Source: Eledone cirrhosa
Lineage: Eukaryota
Assembly: GCA_964016885.1 (NCBI GenBank)
Contig: OZ024744.1
Location: forward strand, 53,506,001-53,570,000
Length of the DNA: 64,000 bases
Reading direction: 5' to 3'
The position numbers were made by a program, and so were the translations under genes. Positions 50,169 through 63,622 of the stretch are shown in pieces (position 1 is the first letter of the stretch; each line of letters opens with the position of its first letter). The notes beneath the pieces are model-generated. The model searched no databases and had not been told where the DNA came from. It saw only the letters and a program-made list of their open reading frames with translations.

Positions 50169-53100
50169 CATCACCAAAAACACCAGCATCGCAAACACAA
50201 CAAAACACACACACCCAACACCAACAAGAAAACAGCAACAAAATCACCCCTCTCACAAAAATTACACATAAAAAGCAGCACACAGACATTACAGAAAAAA
50301 ATACTACACCCCACCAACACCAATAACTCTCCCGAAAGACATAAACATCATTGAAATCAAAATAGAACAGTACAAACTTTTAAAAGAAAAATTCCCCAAC
50401 GCAGTTGGAGACATCAGAGGTTCTGTTACCAAGAGGATTTACACCGACATCCTCTTGGAAACACTCATGACCATCTAAAAGGACGATTCTACTGTCCCTT
50501 CACCACACGCTCAAGGTAGGTGATCCTTTTTCACTTACTCCGTTTCTCATCCAACATGGCCGTACTTAGAATAGGCAGTATAAAGTACGTGGCCTGGAGT
50601 GATCTTGGAAGCAGGGTCACCTGCTCAACGACCTCAGGTCATTAAACATAGATGTGGTGGCCATCAGCGAGACCGGAATCTCCGAAGAACGAGCCTTCGC
50701 ACCGATCTTCGACGGCTACGATGTATACGCATCTCCCAGCCGGCCAGGACCGTGGGGAGGGGGAGTTGCTGAGCTTTTTTGGAGAGGCTTAGATCTCGCC
50801 ATACGGGCCATCTTCCTGGACCCAGAAGGTAAGTCGGTGGTGCTGGATGTGACCGGCAGCGAAGGCAATGCTTTCAGACTAGTAGCCTTCTACTCCCCAA
50901 CTGGGGCAAGACGGCCAGATTTCTTCAGACGTCTAGAAACCTTTCTTGGAACGTCCCGCTCTTTAGTGTTAGTGGGGGACTGGAACGGTATCTTGGATGC
51001 ACGCTGGGATTGTGTGGGGCTAGTAGACCGGGCGGGGGGGGGGGGAGGGGGTAAAAGCCACAACAACCTGCTCTGACGTTTTGAACAGTCTGACAGGTAT
51101 AGACTGGATTATCCGAATGTGCCGATGTGGACATGGGTAAACCGCATCGGGTTATCCAGATAGTATTTAGATAGGGTATTCTGTAGGGAAACAGATAAGG
51201 CTAGTGTAGGTTGTCCACAATTTAAAGTAGTCGACTACACGGACCACAAATTTGTGATCTGTGAAGTTGACTTAGATAGAATCCATAGGCAAGGGCCCGT
51301 CTACTGGATGGTCTACTGGACGCTGAACGTGTCATTCCCGGCACGCAAAGCTTACAGAGACCGGATTAGCGAATTAGTTAAACGTGCGTTGACGTGTGCG
51401 ATCGTCAAAAACAGGTGGTGGTTTACCCTAAAAAGGGCAATTAGAGTAGAATCGATAAGGTTTAGCAAAGGAGTAGTGATAGAGAAAAACAGAGGACAGG
51501 GAGAGTTAGTTAGAAAGCTAGAAGAGGAGTTTAGGACAGGCATCGCAACCGACGTGCTTGCGGCGAGATTGGCACTCGACCAATTCTTCAACGCAAAGCA
51601 TGAAGGCTGCGTTGTCAGAGCTAGAGCGCGCGCTCTAAGAGACGAGGGCACGAAAGCCGTTCAACGAGCATGGCTGGTGGAGGCGTGGTCTTTGCCTGAT
51701 CAAAACGGGCGCATGTTGCTCGAACCCGAGCAGATGTGTGCATCTTTTCAACAGCACTTTGCTCCATTGTTCGGGAACGGCGGTGAGCCGGATCGGAGTA
51801 TGGACTTCGATGCATACATCGACGGACTGTCGCGGCTCCCGACGTTCGTAGCGCAGTGCTGCGAAAAGCCGATAACAGCAGGTGAAATGCGGGAAGCGAT
51901 GTCTGACTTCACGAGAGGTAAAGCGCCAGTTTTGGATGGTCTGCCCTACGAGACTTATGCGTATATGCCAGACTTGTTCGGCGACATCTTGGCAGAGGTC
52001 TACTGCAACTGGCAGCAGAATGGGAATATTTCCAGTTTTATGAGCCGGGGAGCGGTGGCGTTGCTGAGAAAAGACCCGAACAACGGGGACGTTATAGACA
52101 ACTTCAGACCCATAACCCTGCTAAACGCAGAGTTGAAGATTTTGCCCAAGGTGTTAGCAAAGAGATTGGCGCGTGTCTTCGGTGATCAGGTGAGAGAGGC
52201 GCAGACATGCACCATTCCGGACAGATCCATCCACAACCTCCATCTCATGCGATACATCATAGAGAGAGTAGTTAAAGAACCTGGCACGAGTTGGGCCCTG
52301 ATCAACTTGGATCAATCTAAAGCATTTGATGGGGTCGACCATCGGTACCTGGCTGCGCTCCGCGAGTCGGCCTGCCTCGGGCCCGTATTTAGGGGCTGGA
52401 TCGCTGCGATGCACAGCGACATCTGCTCGATTGTGAGGGTGAATGGTCACCTGTCGCAGCCTTTCAACATCATGCGCTCGGTATGCCAGGGTTGCCCCCT
52501 CACGTTCCTCTTGTACGTACTGGCCCTCGAGCCGTTACTGCACAAATTGGGGTCCCACGCGCACAGGGATGCGGGAAATCCGTGTCAGCTTACGCCGACG
52601 ACGTCGCCGTGGTAGTGTCGAGCACCATACACGCCCAGGCTGTCTCTGAGAGGTCGGGCGGAGGTGGCGAATGCGTACATCACGTCCTTTATCTGCTACC
52701 GCCTGACCGTCGTACCTTGCCACCGCCCAACTCTGACCAAAATTGAGCGCCTTCTCTTCCGCTTTTGGTGGAAGGGACGTGATCCTATGGTCAGACGATC
52801 CATTTACTGTCAACACCCGTTGCGTGGGGGACTAGGCATGCCGTGGCTGATGATGCGCAAACATGCGCTGAGGCTGCGACATCGCTGGTGCTTCCTTGAC
52901 GGTGAATAGGTGTGGTTGCCATTTGCCAGACGCCCTTTTCCCCAGCTCGTCTCCTTGACGGAGCTGCAATCCTGGATCAGGAAAAGACCGAGGGATAGCG
53001 CTTGGAAGCTGGAATGTCTCCAGGCGCTCACCCAGCTGGGCACTAGTATCTGTGAAAATTCCACCTCGGCGTTCTATAGAGGACTAGCGGAGAGCAAAAG

Positions 53101-53960
53101 TAACGACGCTCTCGGGGAGACCCTGGGCGTCGAAGACGATCAGCTGTTCGCTCTCTTCAAGAGAACTTTTAGACCGGGGCCTATGGACAACTTCCTGAAA
53201 TCTCTGGCCTGGCAGTGCTACCGGGGAGCGTTGCCGGTTCGAGATAAGCGGAGCTGTCAGCCGAGCTTGTCCGAGATGAGCGCAGGGCGACGAAACCGTC
53301 TTGCACGCACTCGTTCAGTGCCCGAGGATTGCTGATTGTGGAGCTATTTCGAGCAGCTGCTGTCGCCTGTAGGACGGATCCGGTTATCGACTGAGTCCAT
53401 TGTGCAGATGGCACCGCCATCCTCCTTTAAAGAGGCGGAGGGGCAGGCAGTTTTCATCTGCCTGGTGGCCATGGCGAAAGAGATTGTGTGGTGGACAAGG
53501 TTGAAAGGGTTGAAGACGGACAATTTCCTCTCCAGCCAATCCCTAATTAACTTCTTCAAGTTTCACTTGAAGAGGAAAATCAGGGTGGTGAGGCAAGTGC
53601 TGTCTTTTAGAAAGTTTGTTGAAAGGCGGGTGAAAGTGGTGCGTCTGGTCCGAGCGAACGGGCCTGCTCTGAGGATGCGCCTGTAGACTGAGGAGTGGGA
53701 AAACTGAGAGAGGGCGCTTGTCCTTGTAGTCATGGTGGCCGTGGTCTTTTGTGTGGTTTTCGCCACGTGTGACCCTTGAAAGTTACTACCCTATTGGGGA
53801 ATGTTTTGTTGTTTGAATTTTTTTTGATATTTCTATGTTGTTATAATGTTTTTACACGGTCAAAACTAACTTTGTTTCATCCTGTACAGTTCTGTGCCGT
53901 CTGTAATGTTTTTCTTCATGTTAGCCCCTGTGGCCAATAAAGAAACCATTATTATTATTA
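50168..53960 (+). mobile_element. Tx1/L1 LINE copy (ORF1 C-terminus to 3' end) with (ATT)n tail
   Basis: APE 50556-51250, RT 51254-52615, internal deletion ~52645, ORF2 stop 53686, AATAAAGAAACC(ATT)n. Confidence 0.92.
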
Positions 53961-54282
53961 GGGCCTACTCTGACCATGTGCCTATAGGCTAGCTAACTTT
54001 AGGAGAGGGGTGCTCTCCCTGGGTGCCCTAGAAGCGCAGGGTGGTTCAGGATTGGTGGGGTACCTGGTCGTCCACCCCCTATAGGGTAATTTATTTTGTT
54101 ATATTTATGCATAGTTTATTTTATGTTTTTTATATCTTCATTGTTAAATTAATCTTGCCATTGTGCATTTTTACTCGACCTTATTGTAAACCGCCACTGT
54201 CTCTGTCTTTGTATTGTCCCCTACATGTCGGCCCATGTGGCTAATAAATGAAATCATTATTATTATTATTATTATTATCATT
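53961..54282 (+). mobile_element. Short 3' end of the older Tx1 subfamily between (ATT)n tracts
   Basis: Similar to 19120-19400; AATAAATGAAATC(ATT)n. Confidence 0.8.
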
Positions 54283-54285
54283 AAA

Positions 54286-54480
54286 GGCGGTCGATTGGAA
54301 GTATCGGTAGAGGGTCGGACGCCATGCTTTGAATCATAGAGTTATCTCCCTTTATGATCTGAGTTCAAATCCCGCCGAGGTTAACTTTTCCTTTCATCCT
54401 TACGGGGTCGATAAAATAAAATGCCAGTAATGTACTGGGTAATTCCTGGCCTTGTGCCAAAAGTAGAAACTATTATTAAT
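54286..54480 (+). mobile_element. tRNA-derived SINE, full length
   Basis: Same family as 7988-8175. Confidence 0.9.
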
Positions 54481-54483
54481 ATT

Positions 54484-57400
54484 GAAGGTGAAGCCACGCT
54501 TATTATCGCCTCCATTTTTTTTTCAACAGTTTACCTCGTTTTCAACCGTTCTAAACCTTTTATTCAAGTTTTAAACTTGATAAAAGTTTAGAAGAAGTGA
54601 CCTACCTAATACATGGGTTCACTCGTAAATAATACGGTACCACTTTATGGAATGTCGTATTGTGTAAAATATTATTTGAAAAAAATTTCTTTCAACATGG
54701 ATAACACAAGAAAGAGAGAGAGCGCTGTCAGACAACACAGGGAGAGGGAGACTTTGTCAACATATCAACAAGACAGTGTTCTAGCGAAGGTAAATATAAA
54801 AGAAAATATTACGAAGGAAAAGAGGAACAATATCATTTTCAATGATATCGTTACAGATTTAAAATTACCAAATATTTCTAACACAAACAACACCAACAAT
54901 AACACCAACAACAACAGCATCAATAACAATAGCAACAACAAAAACAACAGCGGTAAGGTCGAGAACGACAATAACAATTACAATAACAACAGCCACAACA
55001 ACAATAATAGTAGGAACAATATCAACAAAAACAACAATAATAACAACAGCCACAATAACAGTAACAACAGCAACAGTATCAACGAAAACAAAACAACAAG
55101 ACCAACAACTGTACCAACGAAAACAACAACAATGACATTGATACCTGCAACAGCGATCTCAGCACCACCAGTAAGACAGTAGCAGCAGCAATAGTGGTGA
55201 GGCTGAAAAAGGGGCCACTTCTTTTGCAGGTGTCGCCCGAAATATCGAAACAGTGTTAGTCACAGAGGAGGAGATGGCAGTCGCAAGGGCCATGGTGACG
55301 AGAAGCGCAAATAAAGTCTCCCTGAAACCTCCACCCGATTTTTTCAACGACCAGCAGCTACGGACGGTAACTTACCGCACCGTAAGCAAAGTGTCACATC
55401 GGGTGGAGAGAGCCACGGAGGCTCAAATCAAAAAGGCTTTGGGTGCGTCTGGGCACGCAAAACCCACATCACCCGAGGCAGAAATTACGCCACAGTAGAC
55501 GTACTTTTCGCCAACCCCCAAGAAGCGAAGTGTCACACTTTGGAAATCCTAGAGAGTGAGGAGATAGTCTTGGTGCCCTCCCTACTGCGGCAGAAAATTG
55601 TGAGGGACAAAGTGACCCAGTTCCCACCCGACGTGCACATACCTTCCACGGTGAGTACGAGGGCAACGTCCGTGGCACACGTATCAAGGCCACGGACAAC
55701 TAAAGCAGCACCATCAGTGGCGGCAACACCAGTAGCTACATTTGCAGTAGCTGCACCAGCAACAAAATTGCCCCAGAGGAGCACATACCCTTCCCAGACG
55801 CCACGGAATTCGACATGGAGTCTGAGGCGGGAGTGAAGTGGCAAACGGTCTGCCACAAAAAGAAAAAAAAAAAAAACCCTTAGCTTCTCCCTACAAAAGC
55901 GAAGGCACACTATCACCATCACCACTACAAGCACCACCGCCAACAACAACTACACCACCACCAACATCACCAAATACACCAACAACGCAAACACAACAAA
56001 ACACGCACGCCCAACAGCAACAAGAAGAAAACAGCAACAAAATCACCCCTCTCACAAAAATTAAACAGCCATTAACATGGCAAATAAAGAACTGATACAA
56101 TATATAAAACAGCACACAGACATCACAGAAAAAAAAACTACTACACCCCACCAACACCAAGAACTCTCCCGACAAACATAAGCATCATTGATATCAAAAT
56201 AGAACTGGACAAACTTTTAAAAGAAAAATTCCCCAACGCAGTTGGAGACTTCAGAGGGTCAGTTACCAAGAAGGTATACACTGACTCCTCTTGGAAACCC
56301 CCATGACCAGCCAAAGGGACGGTTCTACTGTCCCTTCACCACATGATCAAGATAAGTGACCCTTTCTCACTTGCCTCGTTTCTCATCCAACATGGCCGTA
56401 CTTAGAATAGGCAGTATAAATTCAAGTGGCCTGGGGTCATCTTGGAATCAGGGTCACCTGCTCACCAGATCACTAAACATAGATGTGGTGGCCATCAGCG
56501 AGACTAGAATTTCCGAAGCACGAGCCTTCGCACCGATCTAAGGCGGCTACGATGTATACACATCTCCAAGCCGTCCAGGATCGTGGGGAGGGTTTGCCGT
56601 CCTGTCAACACCCGTTGCGTGGAGGACTGGGCATGCCATGGCTGATGATGCGCAAACATGCGCTGAGGCTGCGACATCTCTGGTGCTTCCTTGACGGTGA
56701 ACAGGTGTGGTCGCCGTTCGCCAGGCACGTTTTCCCATAACTCGTCTCCTTTACGGAGCTGCAGTCCTGGGTCAAAAAAGACCTATGGATAGCGCTTGGA
56801 AACTGGAATGTCTCCAGCTGGGCACCAGTATCGGTGGAACATCCACCTCGGCGTTCTATAGAGGACTAGTGGAGGGGAAGAACGAAGACCTTCTCGGAGA
56901 AATCCTGGGCGTCGAAGAAGATCAGCTGTTTGCTCTCTTCCGGAGAACTTTCAGCCCAGCGCCTATAGATAACTTCCAAAAATCCCTGGCTTGGCAGTGC
57001 TACCGGGGAGCGCTGCCGGTTCGAGATAAGCTCTACAGGCACGGAGATGCCGTCAGCCGAGCCTGTCCGAGATGCGCGCAGAGCGACTTAACCATCGTTC
57101 ACGCACTCGTTCAGTGCCCGAGGATTGCTGACTTGTGGAGCTATGTCGAACAGTTGCTGTCGCGTGTAGGACTGATCCGGTTATCGACTGAATCCATTGT
57201 GCAGATAGTCTCGCCGTCTTCCTTCGAGGAGGAAGGGCAGGCGGTTTTCATCTGCCTGGTGGTCATGGCGAAATAGATTGTGTGGTGGACAAGGTTGAAA
57301 GGGTTAAAGACAGACACTTTCCTCTTCGGTGAATCCCTAATTAACTTTTTCAAGTTTCACATGAAGAGAAAAATCAGGGTGGAGAGGCAAGTGCTGCCCT

Positions 57401-57787
57401 CTAGCAAGTTTGTTGAAAGGTGGGTGAATGTAGCGAGAATGGTCCGAGTGAACGGGACCGCTCTGAATATACGTCTGTAGTTTGAGAAATGGAAAAATTG
57501 AGAGAGGGCGCTTGCCCTGGTGGTCAGGGTGGCCGTGGTCATTTGTGTGGTTTTCGCCACGAGTAACCCTCGGAGGTTTCCCCCCTATAGGGGAATTTTT
57601 CATTGTTTCAATTTTCATTTTTATTGTTTATATATATATATGTTTCTATGTCCTTTTTTTCTTTTCTCATGTAAGTAATAAAAATATTTACACGCACAAA
57701 ACCCACACCATACCGTCCTGTGCCGTCTGTAATGTTTTATTGATGTCAGCCCTTGTGGCCAATAAAGAAATCATTATTATTATTATT
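54484..57787 (+). mobile_element. Tx1/L1 LINE with both ends but ~2.3 kb of ORF2 deleted (junction ~56600)
   Basis: ORF1 remnants 54613-56360 (TVTYRTV..RVERATEAQIKKALG); the APE start joins directly to CQHPLRGGLGMP; (ATT)n tail. Confidence 0.88.
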
Positions 57788-57900
57788 AAACCCCGTTGAG
57801 ATTAACTTTGCCTTTCATCCTTACGGGGTCGATAAAATAAAGTACCAGTAATGTACTGGGTAATTGCTGGCCTTGTGCCTAAAGTAGAAACAATTATTAT
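57788..57900 (+). mobile_element. tRNA-derived SINE, 3' half
   Basis: Same body and tail as the other copies. Confidence 0.88.
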
Positions 57901-57922
57901 TATTATTATTATTATTATTATT

Positions 57923-60900
57923 GTTCTTTGAGTCTCAGTCATTGATGTTATTTAACTGGAAAGTTTGTTGAAATTAATATCAAGCCACTACCTGCAGCCT
58001 CAGATATTCAGGACGTATCGAAGGGTTCTTGCTGTTCCCAGCAAGCATGCCTTTTGAAGCGTTCCAAAAAGCGGGGCTGGACTGATCTTCTTTAACCATC
58101 CCTGGAAACTCCTTGAGATAGTACCTAGTGCGCCTATGACAATCGGGACCACTTTGACTTCAGGGCAGTTCCAAATCCTTTTTACCTCCCACTTTAAGTC
58201 CTGGTATCGGTTAATTTTCTCCCTCTTCTTCTCTTGCACTCTCGTGTCGAATGAGCAGGCCACATCCACAATCAGGCACGATCATTTTTCCTTGTCCAAA
58301 ACCACCAGGTCAGGTCTATTGTGTTCCAGTTTCTTATCCGTCTGTATGCTAAAATCCCACAGCACCTTCACCTGATCGTTTTCTATCACCGACTCTGGCT
58401 TATGCTCATACCACTTCTCAGAATGTGGTAAATTGTTTACTTTGCATAGGTGCCAGTGGATCACCCTGCCTATCACATCATGTCTCCAGCCTTTATAGTG
58501 AGTCTGGGCTAGGTGTTTACACTCTGATACAACGTGAGCCACAGTCTCCTCTCTCTCTCTCTACAGATCCTGCACAGTGGGCTAGCCACCTCCTTGTAAA
58601 TATGGTGTTTCAACCACTTCGTTTTGAGGGCCTGTTCTTGCGCAGCCATTAGCATTCCTTCTGTAGCCTTTTTAAGGTCTCCTCTATTCAACTTGTTCCA
58701 TGTCTGTGGATTTCTGAATTCCGTTTTCTCAAAGAAGGTACTATGAAGGGATTTTTCATGAAGGCTGCTCTTTCTCCTTGTTGTTATTTCCTCCTTGGAC
58801 ATCCCCTGGTCTATTGTCCCCTCCTTCATTACAATTCTGAGCATTGGCTCCTTACTGTCGGTCACGTATTTGTGTAGGTTGTTTTTCTCCATCTGAACAC
58901 AGTCCTCTATGCTGATCTCCTTAAATAGAGTCTATCGACATCACTCCTCTTGTGGAACATGTTGTAGATAGTCAATAGCTTCCTAGTCTTCCTATCCATT
59001 TATTTTTGTTCAGCAACATTCCATCTCAGAATTCCCGCACTGTACCTAATAATAGATACAGCTCGGGAATTTACTGCACTTATGGCATTCCTACTGTTCA
59101 GATGTGACTTTAATACGCTCCTTATTCTCCGAATGTATTCAGATCTTATCAATTCCTTCATTTTTTTGTTCTTGATGTCATCAGCCTCCAGAAAACCCAA
59201 ATACTTGTATCCTTCTTCAGTGTCAATTTCCTTTATCATCTCACCTGTTGGTACCTGGATTCCGTTGCTTCTGCTCAATTTACCCCTCTTCATCATAATG
59301 ACTCCACATATACTAATACCAAATTGCATACATATATCATTGCTGAAAATACGAAGTGTCAACAAACACATCCAACTCCTTCTCACTCTTCCCGAAGAAC
59401 TTAAGATCGTCCATGAAGAGGAGATGATTGACGGTAAGCTCTCCCTTTCCCAACTTGTATCCTGCTCTCACTTTTCGCAGTATAATGGTCAGGGGCATCA
59501 GGGCAAGGACAAACAACAGAGGGGACAGACTATCCCCCTGGAAGATACCTCTCTTGATCTTCACGCTTCCCAAGGATTCTCCAGCTGATGTTAACTCTGT
59601 TTTCCAGGACTTTATACTTTTGCTCAACAAGTGTCTGATGTTAACTGCCACCCTAAAGATCTCTAGGCTTTTGGTGATCCAAGAATGAGGCACCATGTCA
59701 AATGCCTTTTTGTAGTCTATCTATCCCATGGCAAGACCAGTGTTTCTCCTCTTGCAATTCCTCATTACCATCTTATCAATAAGTAACTGGTCCTTTGTAC
59801 CACGGGACTTCTTTCGGCATCCTTTCTGTTCGTCCGGCAACAAGTTGTTTGTGTGGAGGTGATGGTAGATTTCCTCAGACACAATGCTTGTCAACAGTTT
59901 CCACATTACGGACAGACATGTGATAGGTCTATAGTTGGTAACATCATTACCCTTGATTCGGTCTTTCATTACCAGAACTGTGGTACCTTTTGGCAACCGC
60001 TCTTGTACCTCACCTGACATCAAGCAGTCATTGAACATGGTTGTCAGTTTCGGGTGGAGGGATGTTATATTTTTAATCCAATACCCCTGCACACCATCTG
60101 GGCCTGGTGATTTCCAGTTGGTTAGTATTTTGGCCTGCCCCTTAAGAGTTTCAACTGTGATACTCAAATCAATTTGTTGGTGTGCCTGTTCACTAATCTC
60201 CTTTTCTACTGTCTCAATCAACACTGCCTTGTCATTATGTTTAACATCCTGCTCCCATATTCCTCTCCAGAATGTCTTAGTTTGTTCCGCCTCAGGGATC
60301 AAGTCGTTGCCTCTTTCTTTCCCTTCAAGCTGTCGAAACACCATCTTCTAGTTGTTGTCAAACATGCGGTTCTGTCTTTACTGACTGACTCTGCTCTCGT
60401 ATCGCCTATTTTTTGTACTCTTTGCTACAATGCGTTGCTTCAGTTCCCCTATGATAATATTTAGATTTTTCCTCCTAGTTTTATACTTTATTTTCAGTCT
60501 ATGTTTAGTGTCTATGTCTTTTAGTGTCCCATTCAGTAGGGACCCAAGCTTTACAATGTCATTTCTCATTTCTCTGATTTGACCATTCAGTCGTTTCCTC
60601 CACTAAGGTTCTGAACTTTCTTGTATGGTGTTTTCTCTCACTTTTATGCCAAGTAATTTCCTCACCGCATTTGCTGTTGCTCTGAGGATATTGTTGCACT
60701 GGTGACGGCTCCTCGCCTCAAGGTATGGGATGACTCTGTTTATCTTAGCTGTTGTTTCTTTTAACGTTTTCCTGTCTACAAATCTTAGGTTCATAGGTTT
60801 CCCACTATCATTGTTCATTTCATCTACCACTAAGTTTAGGATATCAACCAAATCTTGTCGTAGCCTGTCAGCATTCATCTCCTCAATGGCCGTATCTCTG

Positions 60901-61500
60901 TTCCAGGTGTTATTCATTTCAACATTCAGATCATTGTCTTCTTCGGATGGTTCCTCCGTTCCCTCAACCTCTTCACCTTCACTTCCCACTGGCTCATTTG
61001 CCTGACATACTCTACTCTCCATCTCCAAGTTAATCTCTCTGATCAGTTCCTCCAGTTCCAGCTCGCTTATCCACCCATTAGTTCTTATTACCCGAGCCTG
61101 CCCGGCCAATTTTTGTTCATCTTATTTAAATAGACCAATCTCGTTCCAGATGTTATGCATCCGTTTCCTATAGCCTTTTTCCTTGGGGTTACTCTTCAGG
61201 TAACATTGCATAATAGCTCTATTCATTTCTTTCGTCCAGTTGGTTCTGGTCCCTTTCCTTCTTCTTCCTCCGACACCAGCAGTATTTGGTTGACAGCCAG
61301 GTCCCTGCTGCTGAGCCAGGGAACACCTGCTGGGTGAGAGTCTGTCATATGATATTCCAGTCTCCACTTCACCGTTATTCGAACTGTTTAGGTTCGACAT
61401 TTAAACACTCTTATCGAGGATTGGTGAATGTATGGTTACATAACCACCGGTGATTTCATCACCCCCGGTGATTTTAGTGAGGCACCATCACGCTGTAGAC
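57923..61500 (-). mobile_element. Full-length degraded R4/Dong-type RLE LINE (family C) with (TAA)n tail
   Basis: ATG at 61400; RTNWTKEMN..CY..GYRKRM..W N-terminal domain; WKSPGPDG, NYRPITCL, GIFQGDSLSPLLF, HLLFMDDLK, CRIC, RHD, NRPD..DVAC..EKINRYQDL; stop at 58000. Confidence 0.92.
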
Positions 61501-61577
61501 GAACATAAATAAACAAACAAACAAATAGGTAACCCCCCCCTCCCCCCCAAAAAGCATAATTTCATTGTAATGTAATG

Positions 61578-61922
61578 TTTGCTGTTCCCAGCAAGCATGC
61601 CTTTTGAAGTGTTCCAAAAAGCGGGGCTGGACTAATCTTCTTTAACCATCAATGGAAACTCTTTGAGATAGTGCCTAGTGCGCCTATGACAATCGGGACG
61701 ACCTTGATTTCATGGCAGTTCCAAATCCTTTTTATCTCCCACTTTAAATCCTGGTATCAGTTAAATTTCTCCCTCTCCTTTTCATGCACTCTCGTGTCAA
61801 ATGGGCAGGCTACATCTACAATCAGGCACGATCTTTTTTCCTTCTCCAAAATCACTCGGTCAGGCCTATTGTGTTCTAATTTCTTGTCCGTCTGTATCCT
61901 AAAATCCCACAGCACCTTCACC
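61578..61922 (-). mobile_element. Family C R4 short copy (RLE region)
   Basis: Matches 58028-58372; 5' end abuts (TAT)n. Confidence 0.9.
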
Positions 61923-61941
61923 TATTATTATTATTATTATT

Positions 61942-62388
61942 GTTCTTTGAGTCTCAGTCATTGATGTTATTTAACTGGAAAGTTTGTTGAAATGAATATC
62001 AAGCCACTACCTGCAGCCTCAGATATTCAGGACGTATCGGAGGGTTCTTGCTGTTCCCAGCAAGCATGCCTTTTGAAGCGTTCCAAAAAGCGTGGCGGGG
62101 CCAATTTTCTTTAACCATCCCTGGAAACCTTTTGAGATAGTCCCCAGTGCGCCTATGACAATCGGGACCACTTTGACTTCATGGCAGTTCCAAAACCTTT
62201 TTACCTCCCACTTTAAGTCCTGGTATCGGTTAATTTTCTCCCTCTTCTTCTCTTACATACACTCTCGTGTCGGATGGGCAGGCCACATCCACAACCAGGC
62301 ACGATCTTTTTTCCTTGTCCAAATCCACCAGGTCAGGTCTATTGTGTTCCAGTTTCTTGTCCGTCTGTATCCTAAAATCCCACAGCAC
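61942..62388 (-). mobile_element. Family C R4 5'-truncated copy flanked by (TAA)n
   Basis: Matches 57923-58365. Confidence 0.9.
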
Positions 62389-62424
<36 letters not shown>

Positions 62425-62877
62425 CATTATTATTATTATTATTGATGATGATGATGATTATGATGATGATGAAGTTAACAGTGACTGTTAGAAAACAATT
62501 GTTTAAGAAAGAGAAAGAAAGAGAAAGAAAGAGAAAGAAAGAGAAAGAAAGAGAGAATAAACGAGGCGGTGTAACAATCGGCAAGAATGGGAGACAAACA
62601 GACAGAAAGGCAAAAAGAAAGAACGGAATCAAAGAAAGAAAGAAAGATAAAATGAAAAAGAAAAAGTAAAGAAAAAGAGAGCGTCTGATAGAAAGACACT
62701 TAAATGGACAACGTGTTTAGACAGTCCTGTCAGATGGTGGTGGCCACTAGTGAAAGAATCAAAAGTGAAATTAAAAAAAATAAAATAAAATAAAATCTTG
62801 TGTTTCTGTCAGTTCCATTTTCCACAGAGAAATTCTCTATATTAATGACAGTACAGTACAGTACATATCAGCCCTGA

Positions 62878-62924
62878 CCGGAAATCTCGTTGCCGGAAAT
62901 CTCGCTGCCGGAAGTCTCGTTGCC
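62878..62924 (+). repeat. 3 x 15-bp tandem CCGGAAATCTCGTTG
   Basis: Direct. Confidence 0.85.
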
Positions 62925-63254
62925 AAAGCTTATATCAACGAAAAAAGAACTACAATATCCGCTTGAACATTAGACGCTCGATGAATTTTCAGACGACATA
63001 AAAGTTTGTATTGGTCGACCGGGCGGGCGAATATAGCTAAGGAATATGGTGACGACAACGATGTTGGTGTCGTCTGCCGGCTTCCAGTTTACTATTATTG
63101 AAGTAAGCGACATATTGGATCTGGCCAACAAAATAATTACTCCCAGAAGAAGGATATTACACTTGTTTTCAATTGAAAACCGTCTTCTTCACAAAATGGC
63201 GGGACATCTTTCTTTTTTCTTTTCATTTTTTATTGACTTATAGCTTTATCTTGT

Positions 63255-63622
63255 TTGGTGGTGGTGGTAGAAATGGTGGTGATGTTGGTGATGGTAGTGG
63301 TGTTGGTGGTGGTGATGGTGGTGATGGTGATGGTGGTGATGGTGGTGATGGTAGTGGTGGTAGTGGTGGTGATGGTGGTGATGGTAGTGATGTTGGTGGT
63401 GGTGATGGTGGTCGTGGTGGTGGCAGTGGTGATGGTGGTGGTAATGGCGGTGATGGTGGTAGTAGTGGTGATGGTAGTGATGGTGCTAGTTGTGATGGTG
63501 GTGATGATGATGGTGATGGCATCACTGGTAGTACTGATGGTGGTGTTGGTGGCAGTGCTAGGGGTTGTGGTATTCATGGTGATCGTGCTTGTAGGGGTAA
63601 TGGTGCTAATGGTGGTGGTGAT
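63255..63622. repeat. (GGT/GAT)n low complexity
   Basis: Direct. Confidence 0.9.

Noticed and set aside
54613-55182. Asn-rich 189-aa ORF as a host gene
   Set aside because: It is the N-terminal part of Tx1 ORF1 containing an (AAC)n expansion.
61400-61510. HDV-like ribozyme at the R4 5' end
   Set aside because: Only a CACCGG/CCGGTG hairpin is visible; the nested double pseudoknot could not be built by eye.
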